Below, piece after piece: positions 51,185-64,000 of a stretch of 64,000 nt of DNA; the stretch's first letter is position 1, and each line of letters begins with the position of its first letter. The notes under the pieces were generated by a model, which ran no database searches, had not been told where the DNA came from, and saw only the letters and a program-made list of their open reading frames with translations. Origin of the DNA: Octopus vulgaris (Eukaryota); the NCBI GenBank assembly GCA_951406725.2, contig OX597824.1, positions 58,962,001-59,026,000 on the forward strand. Direction: 5' to 3'. The position numbers and the translations under genes were made by a program.

Positions 51185-52460
51185 CGATTGGAAGTAGAAC
51201 ACTCCTATTTAGTTGCTTCCTAATGGACTGTGCCACAATATAAATGGACATGCGAAGAGAGTTTGAAAGAGAGTCGGTTAACCGTTAGGTGTTGGTTTTG
51301 GTTTCTTTAAACGTGAGTTAAATTGTTACACACTGTTATTTATATATTTGTTATAGGTCTCCCCGCGCGGAAGAACCAAGGTTCGTTAAATTCTTAAATT
51401 GTTGAATTTCTGTCGTTGTTTTTTGCCTGTTCTGAAATTTATTTCTTCCCAAGTTATAGGTGAAGTGGTGAAAAGAGGAGAAATGGGGCATGGCGCAAGT
51501 TATGCATCCGCAACTACACAAGGTATTACGACCAACAACCTTGAAGTTCGCGAGATAAAAATAGAGAACAAGAAATAGAAAGAAAGAAACTAATAGTTAC
51601 AAAGGGAAGGGACCAGTTTAAACCTGACCCCACCAGAAGAAGTGACGAAGAATGTAGCAAGGAAAACGGTTGTGTACAGGACATTATCTACTTCTACCAA
51701 AAAAATAGAGATTACCCTAATAGAGGCAATATTGTAATGTCTAGGTGACGTGAAAGGCCTAACCACTTTTTATACTAGTGGAAGGAAATACGGCACAGTA
51801 GAGGTTAGGGTCTCCAACGAGGAGGACGCTATTAACCACTCTATTGAGCCGACAAGGACACAAGAGTGGGTGCTGCTGCCAACGTACTGTGGCAAACTTG
51901 TTGCCAGAGTGAGAGTCGGCAGACTGCCCCCCAAGATCGAAGAGGCATGGCCGGTGGCAGCAGTCACGCACGGAATTGAGGGTGTTGCAAGGATTCTGAA
52001 GATAACTAGAACGAAAAAAGTTAATCGTTGGGGATACGGCCTAGAGATGGCGATTCAAGTTAGGTTAAAGGACCTACATGGAATTGTAGAAGAGATTCTA
52101 CTACCAGAATATATTACGCTAAGAGTAGTTGTGGAGGGAAGACCTCCAAACATGTTTTTTATGCAAACAAAGAGTGCCCTCAGCAAGAAAGTAAAGTGGA
52201 GGAACAAGAATACGAAGGACAACCCGCCGAAGAGGAGGGGCTGATAATAAAGGAAAATAAGAGGTAATAGAGGAGTCCTTTAAAAAGAGATTAAAAAAGG
52301 AAGGAAATAGACTTTTTAAAAAAAGAAGAAAAAAACGATGCAAAAAGAAAAAGAAAAACTTTCAAAAATTGTATCAATTAATGGTACTGCTTGAGAGTGG
52401 GACTCAATGCAGCCATTTTATCATCATCGATTTCATTATACATTTTTTTCATTTTTCGTT
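51185..52460 (+). mobile_element. Second, decayed ORF1-only element of a related family
   Basis: KTVVYRTLS, RKYGTVEV, LLPTYCGK and VVVEGRPP align with the 49466 ORF; knuckle TCFLCKQR follows a frameshift. Confidence 0.8.
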
Positions 52461-52655
52461 CTATAGAATAAGCCCTATGCTTACAAAGAATAAGTTCTGC
52501 GATCGATTTGCTCGACTAAAGGTGGTGCTCCAGCATGGCCGCAATCAAATGAGTGAAACAAGTAAATGAATAAAAGAATAAAAGAATATATATATATACA
52601 TACACACATATATCCATACATGTGTGTGTGTGTTTGTGTGAGTATATAAATATAT

Positions 52656-52710
<55 letters not shown>

Positions 52711-53302
52711 GGGCTTAGTAAAATAAATTACTTTGCCACATACTGAACTTAGTAGAAATATATATATATATATACGTATGCATAAATACATTTATATATA
52801 TATGCTTACATATGTCGTGAATGGGAAGCCTTTGGTCACAGATCTGCTCGACTTTGATTGACATAAATATTTAATATCTAGTCAGTAGAGAAACTAGCTT
52901 TGAAGTTAGCTGCTTCTTTTTTTTTTACCAGACCTCGTTTAGCTGTTGCTGTGTAACCCAAGGTCTGCCTTTTATTGGGTAAAGCTTATGCCATGCCTCA
53001 TTAAATATGTCACGCCTCATTAAGTATTTTTGTAATTATTTCGCTATGGTACCACGTAGTTTGTCGGTCGAACAAATAGGTGCAATACACTGACATGTAG
53101 CTCCGTATAAGTTATATCTCTATTGAGTGCACATTCAGACATGCAAGAGTTAATGGTATACACAATAGTATAACAGACTGTTATACTCTCTCCCAACTCC
53201 CTGCGTGTTTCTGCAGATTAAGCGGCTAGCTGCAGCAAATGCAGGCTAAATACGAACATAACATACATTACTCCTTTATACTTATTATTAAAGCTGTACA
53301 TA

Positions 53303-53718
53303 AGGCGACGAGCCGGCAAAAACGTTAGCACGCCGGGCGAAATGTTTAGCGGTATTTCGTCTGTCTGAACGAACGTTCTGAGTTCAAATTCCGCTGAGGT
53401 CGATTTTGCCTTCCATCCTTTCGGGGTTGATAAATTAAGTACCAGTTGCATAGTGGAGTCGATCGAATTCGACTGGTCCCCTCCCCCAAAATTTCTGGCC
53501 TTGTGCCTAGAGTAGAAAAGAATCTTTGGCACGCCGGGCACAGTGCTTAGCGGTATTTCGTCCCTTCTTACGTTCTGAGTTCAAATTCAGCCTCATTCAA
53601 CTTTACCTTTCATTCTTTCGGGCCGATGAAATTAGTACCAATTTACACACGGGGGTCGATGTAATCGACTATACCCCTCCACCAAAATTTCAGACCTTAT
53701 GCCTATAGTAGAAAGGAT
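53303..53718 (+). mobile_element. Tandem pair of family A SINEs
   Basis: Copies 53303-53520 and 53527-53718 (second is 5'-truncated). Confidence 0.9.
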
Positions 53719-53974
53719 TATTAATGCCACCCATCCCAGCTCTGTATTAGGTGTCCTGCAGTAATTTCTGATTCTATGTAGGATTTTTATGCCTGTGTGG
53801 AATGAGGGTGAACATGCTGTTGTTTTGTGAAGTGTTATAGATATACGTGAGTGTTTGGTGTGGATTATATTAATAGTGACAAGGGAGTGAGAGTTGGGCT
53901 TGGCTGCTGTAACAATCGTTTCCCTTCTTATATTCTAGTGGTGTTTCAAAATAAATATTTCTGCTTCGCTGTTT

Positions 53975-54170
53975 AAAGCGATGATCTGGCAGAATCGTTA
54001 GCGACAATTCAACCGTCTTCATGTTCTGAGTCCAAATTTCGCCGAGTTTGACTTTGCCTTTCATCCCTTTTGTGGTCGATAAAAAGTGTTCCAGCTGAAC
54101 ACTGGGTTCGATGTAATCACCTTTACCCCACCCCTTCCCCGAACGAGCTGGCCTTCTGCTAAAATATGAA
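53975..54170 (+). mobile_element. SINE family A, degenerate
   Basis: CTGGCAGAATCGTTAGC...GACTTTGCCTTTCATCC...GGTCGATAAAA. Confidence 0.85.
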
Positions 54171-56832
54171 ATCAATATTTTTGTTTCACTCTGCAAATAG
54201 TCTGTTGAGGTGTTTTACGCACAACTTATATTGATGTGAACTACTTTATAGTTTGTTGTTATTGTCGTCGTTGTTGTTCAACCCTACGTATGCCCTGATC
54301 GAGTATGTGTGTGATTCAAGATATTCCACCTATAATAGTCTTATCATTTTTGTATTTTCAGATCTATATTAAGTGTCCTTCATGTTTAAGTGTACAGGGT
54401 GTGGTTTGAGAGAAGTCTGGCCAGCATTTTATGCATGTAAAAAAGAAGATGAAAATAACGTTTATAAGTCCCTTGATTGGTTAGCCTAGTTTAGTGTTTC
54501 ACCTATCCGGCTTCAAATCGCAATTAGTGTGCATTGCATCAAGCAGCAATAATAAGTAAACTACAAAGCCATCAATGTCGGGTTGCTTAGGTTATGAATG
54601 ATCATAATCTCTAACGTAAACATTAACCAGCCACATTGCCAAAGAGCAGATGGTTATATCCAGTTTCTGATAACGTATAGAACTCAAAAGGTTCTAATTC
54701 TCTGCTGTTGTCCATGTAAAAGAGCTATTTATCATAAAAGAGCCTCTACGGGGTATATAATAGTGAAGATGAATAAGATAAATATAATTCATAATGTTTA
54801 TTCACTAGAATGTGTATCAAAGAATAGCAGTTCGACCATATGCAAGAATGTCGGATATGGTCACTCTGTAATACTCCGGGCTATACCAAGACACACAGAC
54901 AGAGTGATTAAGGAACATTGGTTGAATAGCTTTTGCGATAGATAACGGATATCATTGCCACAGACGATAGTGCTTATCAGGAAAAATATCCAAATACAAA
55001 TCAGAAAATGGAGGTAACTAAAACGTGGGGAGTGAAAACAAAAGCAATTTTTATAATAATAGGTCTGTTTGCAATGATTGAAAAATATGCAGGGATATAA
55101 CAAAAGTTCTATTGTTTCCAGACGCGTACTCCCACCCAAAATCAGCAAAGCATACGTGGGTTCACAGCGATACGTATAATCTGAAAGATAACCCTGCTAG
55201 ACATAGCCCTCATGCCACACAGGATATTTTTAATTAAACAACTTTCGACACCCCAAAATAACTTTCTACTCTCAATACATTCTATACCGTAACCACTTAA
55301 TAGCATAAAACAACCCACAAATAGAACATTCTTTACATAGTTATTTCTTAAAATACCACACTACTCTCTGTTATATAATCGACATTGTGACATCCTCAAT
55401 AGTGAAGATGATGCTGATGATGATGATGATGAGGAGGAGGAGGAGGAAGGGAAGGACACAAACAGCTTCTCTGGTACCCCAAATGCATATACATTCTCTC
55501 AAATGTTGCCCACAGCCTACACTCGCATGCTTCGTATGGTTCCCTTTTACATACACATATTTCCCTACTCCCGCTTACTATTCGTAATATATCCTTCTCT
55601 CCACTTTCGACTTCCTTCGCTACTGGTAATTAATCTAGTCTATAAATGTTTTTGATGAGAGGAAGTGGTCTCAAGTATTTCAACTGTGCCCAACACAGAA
55701 CGTCTTTCGCCACAATCACTGGACAGTGAGATTATTCTCATTTATTTAGTAAAGAAAACCGTTGGTTCGATCTTTGCAATAGACTCGGCTGATGTCTTCA
55801 TTTGTTTCTGCTCATGATGTCAATTTTCAACTAAGTCCATGAATATACAATGTAAGGATACTGAATGAGTGCGACCCGTACGGTTTCGTCACTCTGCATG
55901 CATCTCAGAGACGATTGATTGTTGAATGCTCAAAGAAAGTCATGTTTATATTATTTATCCAGAACAGCGAAAGATCATATATTCCAGTTTGATAAAGTGT
56001 AAGGCAAAGGCAAAGGCACAGCACTAAAGCTACTTACATCCAACTTTTCAGAGACAGCTGTGTTATCTCTCTCTTTTTTTCCTACTGCTATTGTTTTAGC
56101 ATCTGCTTTTCGTATAAAGCTGGGTTGTATCAGCTCCAACTAGGCATTCTCGACTTATTCGTCTCCTCTTTTCTCATCATTCGTTTTTCTGTCTAACTTC
56201 CCCGGCCATGATCTCCTCCAATCCTTCCTACACAGAGCAACAGTCCACTGATCCTTTTTCTTGTAACTTAACTTCTTTTCAGATGTCGATTTGTACTACA
56301 AGTTTATAAACAAGTCACTAATGACAGCACATTTACTGCTTCTTGTTATGAAGATGGAGGAAGTACTCATAAATCAATGGGCTTATCCAGGCATTAATGA
56401 CCGAAACAAAATACTTTCAAATATTTAGGTATATCGTTATACATTCTGGGTTCAATCCCCACCGATAATAAATTTTACATTCTTCATTCAATAAAATAAG
56501 AAGTCAAGTACTTTTGGTATCGACTCCGATGATTATGCCTCTACTTTGTAAAGTCTGGTCTCGTAGTAGAGAGAGAAACAATTGTTATTGATGTAGCAGA
56601 TGGTGTTGATATTGTTGTTGCTGTTGCTTTTATTAAAGTTCTGGTTGACGATGTTACTGTTATTGTTGCTATTGTTGTTGATGTTTCCGTTGCCATTAAG
56701 GTTCTGTACACCACCAGACTCTCTATAATTTCACAACTAAAATAATCAGTTTATCTGTCTAAACAACTTAATTTTGACAACAGCATATTATCACTACTTT
56801 ATTCTTTAATACCGATATTGAAGGCGGTGTCA

Positions 56833-56845
56833 AATGATGATGATG

Positions 56846-56906
<61 letters not shown>

Positions 56907-56910
56907 TGAT

Positions 56911-56941
<31 letters not shown>

Positions 56942-56967
56942 ATGATGATGATAATGATAATGATAAC

Positions 56968-57002
<35 letters not shown>

Positions 57003-57096
57003 TAATAATAATAATAATAATAAAAATAATAACAATAATAATAATAATAATAATAAAAATAATAACAATAATAATAATAATAATAATAATAATAAC
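56833..57096. repeat. (AAT)/(GAT)n array
   Basis: Seen directly. Confidence 0.95.
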
Positions 57097-57235
57097 CTTA
57101 TTTATTAGTGTTGTGTTGCTTGTTCCACAATTTAATTAATGTGTGAATTGTTAGGTAAAATGGCCTTTTTCCGCCGACCACGAAAATGGAAAGAAGAAAA
57201 TATCAATAAAATAGAAACATCTACAGAGTGAGAGA

Positions 57236-57267
<32 letters not shown>

Positions 57268-58700
57268 AAAGAGACTGACATTGTGAAAGAAAACAGAGTG
57301 AGGAAAAACGAATGAGAGGGAAAGAGAAGGAAAGACTTAGTTTGAGAGATGCAGAAAAAAAAGAGAAAGAGAGGATTAAAAGAAAACTGAAAAGAAAGAC
57401 AAAACGATTATATTGCTGCCCCCTCATCAAATGGGATGTGGGTGGCACAACGACCAGCTTTGGTGAGAAACGAAAGAAGAGGTTTCAAATGATTGTGGCA
57501 GTTTATAATGATAGTGAATGTCATTGGTTTTGACAATGGTGGCAATTGTGCAATTGGAAAATGAGTGAAAATTACAAAGAATGTGTAAGAGGACTTCTAT
57601 ATATATAAAAAGCAACCTTTCGCCAGCCTAATCAACACCAACGAAAAGAACAATAATATGTGACAGATGATAGACTACAAATTGAAAATCTAAGTGACAG
57701 ATGCATCTTTTTATCGGTAGAAAACATTTATATCTAGTTTTGGCGGGTGTTAATTCTTGCATTTTATCTTTTGTGTGCGCGTATTTCAATTTTTCGTACC
57801 TTTTCAAAACTATTTTGTAGAAAGGGTCTGTCGTTCTCCCACTCTCACACCCACTTTTTCATTTTCTCTCATCCCATCATATGGAAACATTGAAGAATAA
57901 CATTTTATATTTTTCTTCTTGATGCTGTAATTCTTTTTGTCGATGAAGATGTTTAGTTTTTACCTGTTTTGTTTATTAATTTTTCCTATTTATTATTTCC
58001 TGAGGCTTTGATTTTTTTCAACACGGAGTCCTGTCTAAATCTATAAATATAAAGCTTATCACATGTTGATATTAACTCATGCCATATTTTTCCTTATAGC
58101 AGACACAATCTTTTATTCATTCACTTGCTCTTTCCCTCAAGCCTTTTTCCATTCTCCCCACTCAATTCAACACTCACTTTCCTATACTAACTTTTCCTCC
58201 AAATCCTTTATATTCAATTATTCTCAGACGTGTTCATGTTCTTCACTTCTTCATATTTTCTCCACTACAACTTTGACAATAATAGAACGATTTTAACTTC
58301 GAACACAATAACAAAGCAGGTAAATCAATTCTATATAAAGAAACTGAGTGGTTTTTAAAGTTAATATATTTACATTAACACTTAATGTTAACAGCTCCAA
58401 TAGGAAGTATGTGCTTTATTGCCATCGTTGTTGTTTGCCCTAGTTTCGTCCTGATCTACAAGACCTATGATGAGAAACGCTTCAGCCGTGAGAATCCTTT
58501 CAGTTATTCATATATGAGGAATCTATGACTACTTTATCTAATGCACCCTTCTCTGCTTAAGACAATCAAGTGTGGTTTGAGTGAAAATTGGCTACCGTTG
58601 TATCAGCTGAATCAACGTAACGGGCTCTGCAGAGTACGTGTTTCTCAAAACATGCTATGAAAATATACACATACCTATAGAAACAATCTCTCTCCCCCCC

Positions 58701-58742
<42 letters not shown>

Positions 58743-58929
58743 GCACACACACATGCACACGCACAACAGTATCCCTGATCAGTCGCATATATGTATATTT
58801 GTTGGAAGAAGTAGTATGAACCTGTGAATATATATGCGCGCGCATACATGTATATTTGTGTAGGTTCAAATGTTAATAACTTTACCAATACCTCTTTCCA
58901 GCATGCCTAATCATACGCCCTCCAAAACA

Positions 58930-59170
58930 CACACCCTTGACTGCCCTCTACCTCTTTGCTATTCTTCCTTCTGCTGCATACCCTTCGTCACTAACTCCAT
59001 CTTACACTTCATTCTACACCTAAGCCACCGTCTCCTTTCTGTCGATGAGCGTAGGGTCGAAACGTCAGAGACTTTTCCATTCGTCCTGAGCGTTAAACTA
59101 CTACACCTACTTCTTGTTCCTTCACCTGCCTTCACCTGCCTTGTAACACTTACTGTTACAAACTGAATAA
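58930..59170 (+). repeat. Pseudo-LTR-like repeat with degenerate hammerhead
   Basis: GATGAG CGTAGGGTC GAAACGTC at about 59040-59070; CCTGAGCGT...CTTGTTCC shared with about 26755-26790. Confidence 0.45.
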
Positions 59171-59339
59171 AGCTACCAACAGGCATATTCCAGTGTGATA
59201 GTTTATTTGTAATGTTGTTCGTACCGGCAGTGAACCTCTTGTCAGTCCTGTTAACAAAATCCAAGGTCCCATCTTGCGATACGCTGAAAAGAATAAAATT
59301 AATTCTCTCGCACATTTTCTTGTTAATGACTACAGTTAT

Positions 59340-59900
59340 ATTCTGATAATATAATCAACATCAAGAGACTATTAGAACTAGTCAGAACATTCTAACGAGA
59401 TGTAGGAATGGAGTTTGGGTAAACTAAATATATAATCAACATGTGATAATGTGATAATCAACCGAGGAAAGAATGTTGATCAGATAGAGAATATGTATAT
59501 CAAAGGCTTGTCTATCTCTCCTGTCTCAAATAATGAAAGCTGCAAGTGCCTCGAAATGGATGAGAATGTTGCATTCGTTGGTGCTGTGACTAAAGCCAGA
59601 ATAACAACAAAAGGGCACTTCTGTAGACTCCGGAAAACATGGAACTCAGAGCTGTCTGCATTTAACAACACAATATCTCACAATACTTCTGCAGTATCAG
59701 TGCTAGTGCAAACATTTGAGTTATTGGACTGGATACTTGACGAGATCCGCAACCTGGACATCAAAACTAAAAACATGCTGACTTCCACTGGCAGCTTCCA
59801 TATTAACAGTGACATAGGGCTTATGTGAGATGAAGTGATGGCGGTAGAGGTATAAAGTCTTTGAATGTCGCATTGTATCACTCAGACAATACCGGCTGAA
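59340..59900 (+). mobile_element. R4/Dong LINE RT-thumb fragment
   Basis: ORF 59451-59828: RLRKTWNSELSAFN...LDWILDEIRNLDIKTKNMLT...FHINSD. Confidence 0.85.
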
Positions 59901-60002
59901 CAGTAAATAAAGAAATGAGTACATTCCATGCATTCTCAAAAGTGAGAACACATCTTCAGAGTTGGAGAAGTACTGTTAGAGGATTTATTCAGTTTGGCTG
60001 CC

Positions 60003-61241
60003 ACTTTTCAATTTCTTCCATATTTGTTCCAACTGATTCCATATTCGGTGTATTGGAGTATTTTTGTAAAGTAATCATTGGCATGAAATTCATTTTCGTC
60101 AAAAATCAAGAGATGAAATGTTAATAGCTCTTAAAGTTTGTACATTTTGAGTAATGTTAGCCAATCGAAAGCCACAGACATATAGGTGCCATAGCTGTTA
60201 CCAAGTTTCTTGCCACATGTTCCTTTTGTCGCTTATTAAATGTTTAAAAGACAAGCGTTATGCTAGAAATAACAGCTAAATAGACCTTAAATCAGGAACC
60301 AAATTTCTTTGTGTGGGATGCATAATCATATGAAATCTTGTGTGTAAAATACGAATTCACAAATATTTTCTGAATATTCCAAAAAAAAAAAGAAAGTTAT
60401 TAGCGTGCACAAAGCAGAATTCCGCCAATATTTTATTTGTTTACAGCTGGCAACACGTGCTGTCACACATAGAATGACGGCTTCCAAATCCTGTTCTCTG
60501 ACTGGGTAAGAATGATCGAACTTTAAACCTCTGTAACTTTTATTATTATTTTTTTTTATTCTGGAAAAAGCGAATTATCTTCTAAGATTCAGCGTGGAAA
60601 ATTACGCCAATAAACCAAATTTTATAATTTCCACAGGTGCAGTCAAATACAAAAGAACCCTGTGAGAACACAATTGTTTCATGCGACCCAAAGGAAGCTG
60701 GACTGGCCTACCTAAACAGAAGCTGGACTGACCTACCTAAACAGAAGCAAATTGAGTCTCTGTGATATCATTAAAGTACGATTGATTAATATACTCTAAC
60801 TAAACCGCGTTTGTGTATGCTTGTGCGTTAGGCCGACCTCCTCCATTCGTTGTTGGACCAACTGAATTACCGGCTTCTGAATTATGATGTGAGTGGTTGT
60901 GCGAATTACAGATACAATCTACCCGATAAACTTCGACAGAGTTTCTATCCACACGATTTACTCAGAAAGTACGGGTCGAAGTGAGGCTACATGATATTTA
61001 TGAGTATCTTGCGAAAAAGAAATAGATAAAATATGTGCAAAACAGAAAGTTATGATTGGAATAGAGAGAATTTCTAAAATTGGAAACTGTACCGATGTTT
61101 GATGAAACGTAAACGAGACTACAGAATCAAAACCAAACACATTGTCTATTCCTTTGTCTCCTCTACTTTCTCTTCGGTTTCGTTTACTCCAATACACCGA
61201 ATATGAAATCGATTGGAACAAAAATGGAAAAAAATTGAAGC
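60003..61241. mobile_element. Non-autonomous DNA element bounded by ~55-bp inverted sequences
   Basis: TTGTTCCAACTGATTCCATATTCGGTGTATTGGAGTA and TACTCCAATACACCGAATATGAAATCGATTGGAACAA. Confidence 0.65.
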
Positions 61242-61296
61242 AACACGTATATTTCCCACGTGGGCAAAATAATTTTCAACGAAACTAACATTACAG

Positions 61297-61460
61297 GTAG
61301 GCGTAGGCGTGGTTGTGTGGTAAGAAATTTGCTTCTCAACCACATGGTTCCGGGTTCAATCCCACTGCGTGGCACCTTGGGCAAATGTCTGTCTTCTACT
61401 ATAGCCTTAGATCGACCAAAGTCTTGTGAGAGGATTTGGTACATGGAAACTGAAACAAGC
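61297..61460 (+). mobile_element. SINE family B, 5' half
   Basis: GGTTGTGTGGTAAG...GGGTTCAATCCCACTGCGTGGCACCTTGGGCAA. Confidence 0.9.
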
Positions 61461-61744
61461 CCCCCCACACACACACACACAAACATACACACACTAGCAA
61501 TGCATCCCGGCATTGCTCTGTTGGTATGACATGCAGCCACGTTGTATTATTTGTTCCTTTCTTATGGGCAGAATCGGCACACTTAATATATAGTGAACTG
61601 GATTACTGGTATAATGGAAGTTATTGTTTATTTAAAAGTGAAGGTGGGAGGGTACAATTTGCATAGGTTTGCATGAAAGTATTTTCTGTTCTTTAGAAGG
61701 ATCACAAACTATGTATTAAGGGAGTTAATACGATTTTGCCCAGA

Positions 61745-62346
61745 AATTACGTTTTCAAAATATTAATTCCGCTCCCCCGTCCCCTTTGCAATTTCTTAAT
61801 TTGTAACCTTTTTTCAAATTTTTTTATCCACGAAGAAAAATACAGAGATTGCGAATTTGGGAGATATATATTTTTTTAAAGTTTAATTTTTCTTAAAGAA
61901 ACGCTCAATCTTCCTTCCCCCACCTCACCCACCCATCACCTACCCTCTTTCAAAAAGCTAAAACCTCCGAATGTTTCACTTTCGTTTGATGCTTCACGCA
62001 TTCGTAGAATTGTACTGAAATAACAGACGTAAAACATACCAAAACACCGCCAGAAAACCCGATATGCTAGAAATAACAGGTAAACGACATTATTCTGCAG
62101 AAACTTCCCCACTTTCGAAAAAGCTAAAAGTAAAATATTAGGAGTATGTAGCTTTTTGAAAGTAGTGAGGTGATGAGTGGATGTCTGGGAAGATTGTAAA
62201 GTTTCTTTGAGAAAAAAAGAAGAAAATTCGGAAAGGTTCGTACTCTCTGTTTTCTTTTTAAGTGGATTACCAAGAAAAATTTTTTGAAAAAATAAAAATT
62301 GAAGAAATTGAGATGAGGAGGGAGAAAATTAAATTATTGAGAACGT
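61745..62346. mobile_element. Old foldback/MITE with ~200-bp degenerate arms
   Basis: ATCACCT...CTTTCAAAAAGCTA versus TAGCTTTTTGAAAG...AGGTGAT; AAAGAAAC...CAATCTTCC versus GGAAGATTG...GTTTCTTT. Confidence 0.6.
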
Positions 62347-63319
62347 GTTTGTTGAGCGCAACCTAATCTCCTGTGTCGAAAACATAGGAATCGAAAGAAA
62401 TTTAAGAAAAAAAGTAGAGGGTGGGGGGCACAAATGTCACCTCGGACCTGCTAGCAACAACAGGTAAAAGACAGGATTTCTGGGAAAACATCCTTTTAAG
62501 TTTATACCGAAGACCAGGTTTTTAAATATGCTCATCACAAACACGAATTACAGAATAGAAAAAGGTAATTTCAACTGGATTTGAGCTGTAATTTTGCTCG
62601 TGCACACACTAAGAAATAGCATAATTCGTACAGAAGTTTTACCTAAAGAGAAAAGAGAGAGGAAGAGAGAGAGAGAAAGAGAGAAAGTGTGTGTGTGACA
62701 AAGGAAGTTATTTTATGGCATTCTTTCGTTTGTCAACTTGATCATATTGGTCGATCATATGGGATCATATGATTGTTCGTTAATTTCCGGGAAATTTTTT
62801 GAATTTATGCTTTTAAGAGAGCAGAAATTGAAAAAATAGGAGAAAGTGAAAAGGCGATATTTGCTTTGAAGTGAGAGCAGAAAGTGAAAGAGAAAGTGCG
62901 CGTGTGTAGGTGTGCTCGTGTGGGTGTGTGTGTGAGAGCGAAAGAGAGTGAAGGTGTGTATTGTCATGTATGTATTATTTTGCATGTATTCGTGACACTC
63001 ACTCGCTCTCTGTCTGTCTCTCCCTCCCTGTTTCTCTCTCTCTCACACACACACACGTACACGCGCGCACGTTACCTTTCATATACACGTATATAAATAC
63101 ATATTCTTTTTTTTCACTTTTTCCATTCATTTGAATGTGTCATGCTGGAGCACCACCTTTGGTTGAAAAAATCGACCCCAGGATTTATTATTTGTAAGCC
63201 TAATACGTGTGTTCATATCTTCCTGAATTTTTGACTGTGTATAAGTCGGTCTATCAGTCTACTTGTGTGTATGTATGTATGGTGCATATGTATATTATTA
63301 TTTTCTTTTATGCTCTTAA

Positions 63320-63718
63320 CAATTTCAGGCATTTGATTGCGATCATGCTGGAGCACCGCCATTAGTCGAACAAATCGATTCTTTGTTCCTACTCCTATTC
63401 TTTGTAAACCTAGTACTTATTTATCGGTCACTTTTGCCGAACCGCTATGCTACGGACACGTAAACACACCAACATCGGTTGTCAAGCGAAGGTGGTGGGA
63501 GACACAAAGACGCTCACACGCACTTACACAAATACACACACAAACACATACACACACACGCATATTATAAAAGACGGACTTCTTTCAGTTTCCGTCAACC
63601 AAATCCAGCCACAAGGCTTTGGTCGGCCTGAGGTTATAGTAGAAGATACTTTGCCCAAGTTGCCACGCGATGGGACTCGACTATGTGGTTGAGTAGCAAG
63701 CTTCTTACCACACAGCCG
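63320..63718 (-). mobile_element. SINE family B, near full length (extra tail fragment at 63115-63205)
   Basis: CATGCTGGAGCACCGCC...GCCGAACCGCT...CTTTCAGTTTCCGTC...CTTACCACACAGCC. Confidence 0.9.
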
Positions 63719-63794
<76 letters not shown>

Positions 63795-63824
63795 TGTGTG
63801 TGTATGTATGTATGTATGTATGTG

Positions 63825-63857
<33 letters not shown>

Positions 63858-64000
63858 CATGTACGTATACATGCATATGCACACACACACACACACACAC
63901 ATACACACACAAACACGTTTGTGTGTAAGTATGTGTAGATGTATACATGTAAGTGTATATACGAATATATTTCAGTATATGAATGCAAGATGTATGTAAG

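Larger units (their letters stand above)
48206..52575 (+). mobile_element. Outer SINE family B split by nested insertions
   Basis: 5' half 48206-48360, middle 51126-51182, tail 52463-52575. Confidence 0.8.

Noticed and set aside
54580-56250. Possible ancient LINE or host exon
   Set aside because: No reliable motif in any frame.

Overview
AT-rich, microsatellite-dense eukaryotic DNA with no recognisable host protein-coding exon. The repeat repertoire (tRNA-derived SINEs, R4/Dong and Tx1 LINEs, Penelope-like elements) resembles what I recall of Octopus/coleoid cephalopod genomes; this assignment is an inference. The window holds mostly decayed transposons: R4/Dong and Tx1 LINE fragments, hAT, Helitron, a Gypsy remnant, a Tc1 with a nested mariner, MITEs and many SINE copies. 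Main points: (1) about 15 type I hammerhead-ribozyme motifs from several unrelated families, in Penelope pseudo-LTRs and in non-coding palindromic or tandem retrozyme-like units embedded in (TA)n; (2) a TSD-flanked 2.25-kb ORF1-only (HAL1-like) Tx1-type retroelement with a possible -1 frameshift signal, inside a multi-layer SINE nest and head-to-head with a second ORF1-only element; (3) SINE copies with a Tx1-like tail stacked at one identical site in another SINE; (4) a twin-priming-like 5' inversion in an R4/Dong LINE. All calls were made by eye, so boundaries of decayed elements are approximate.
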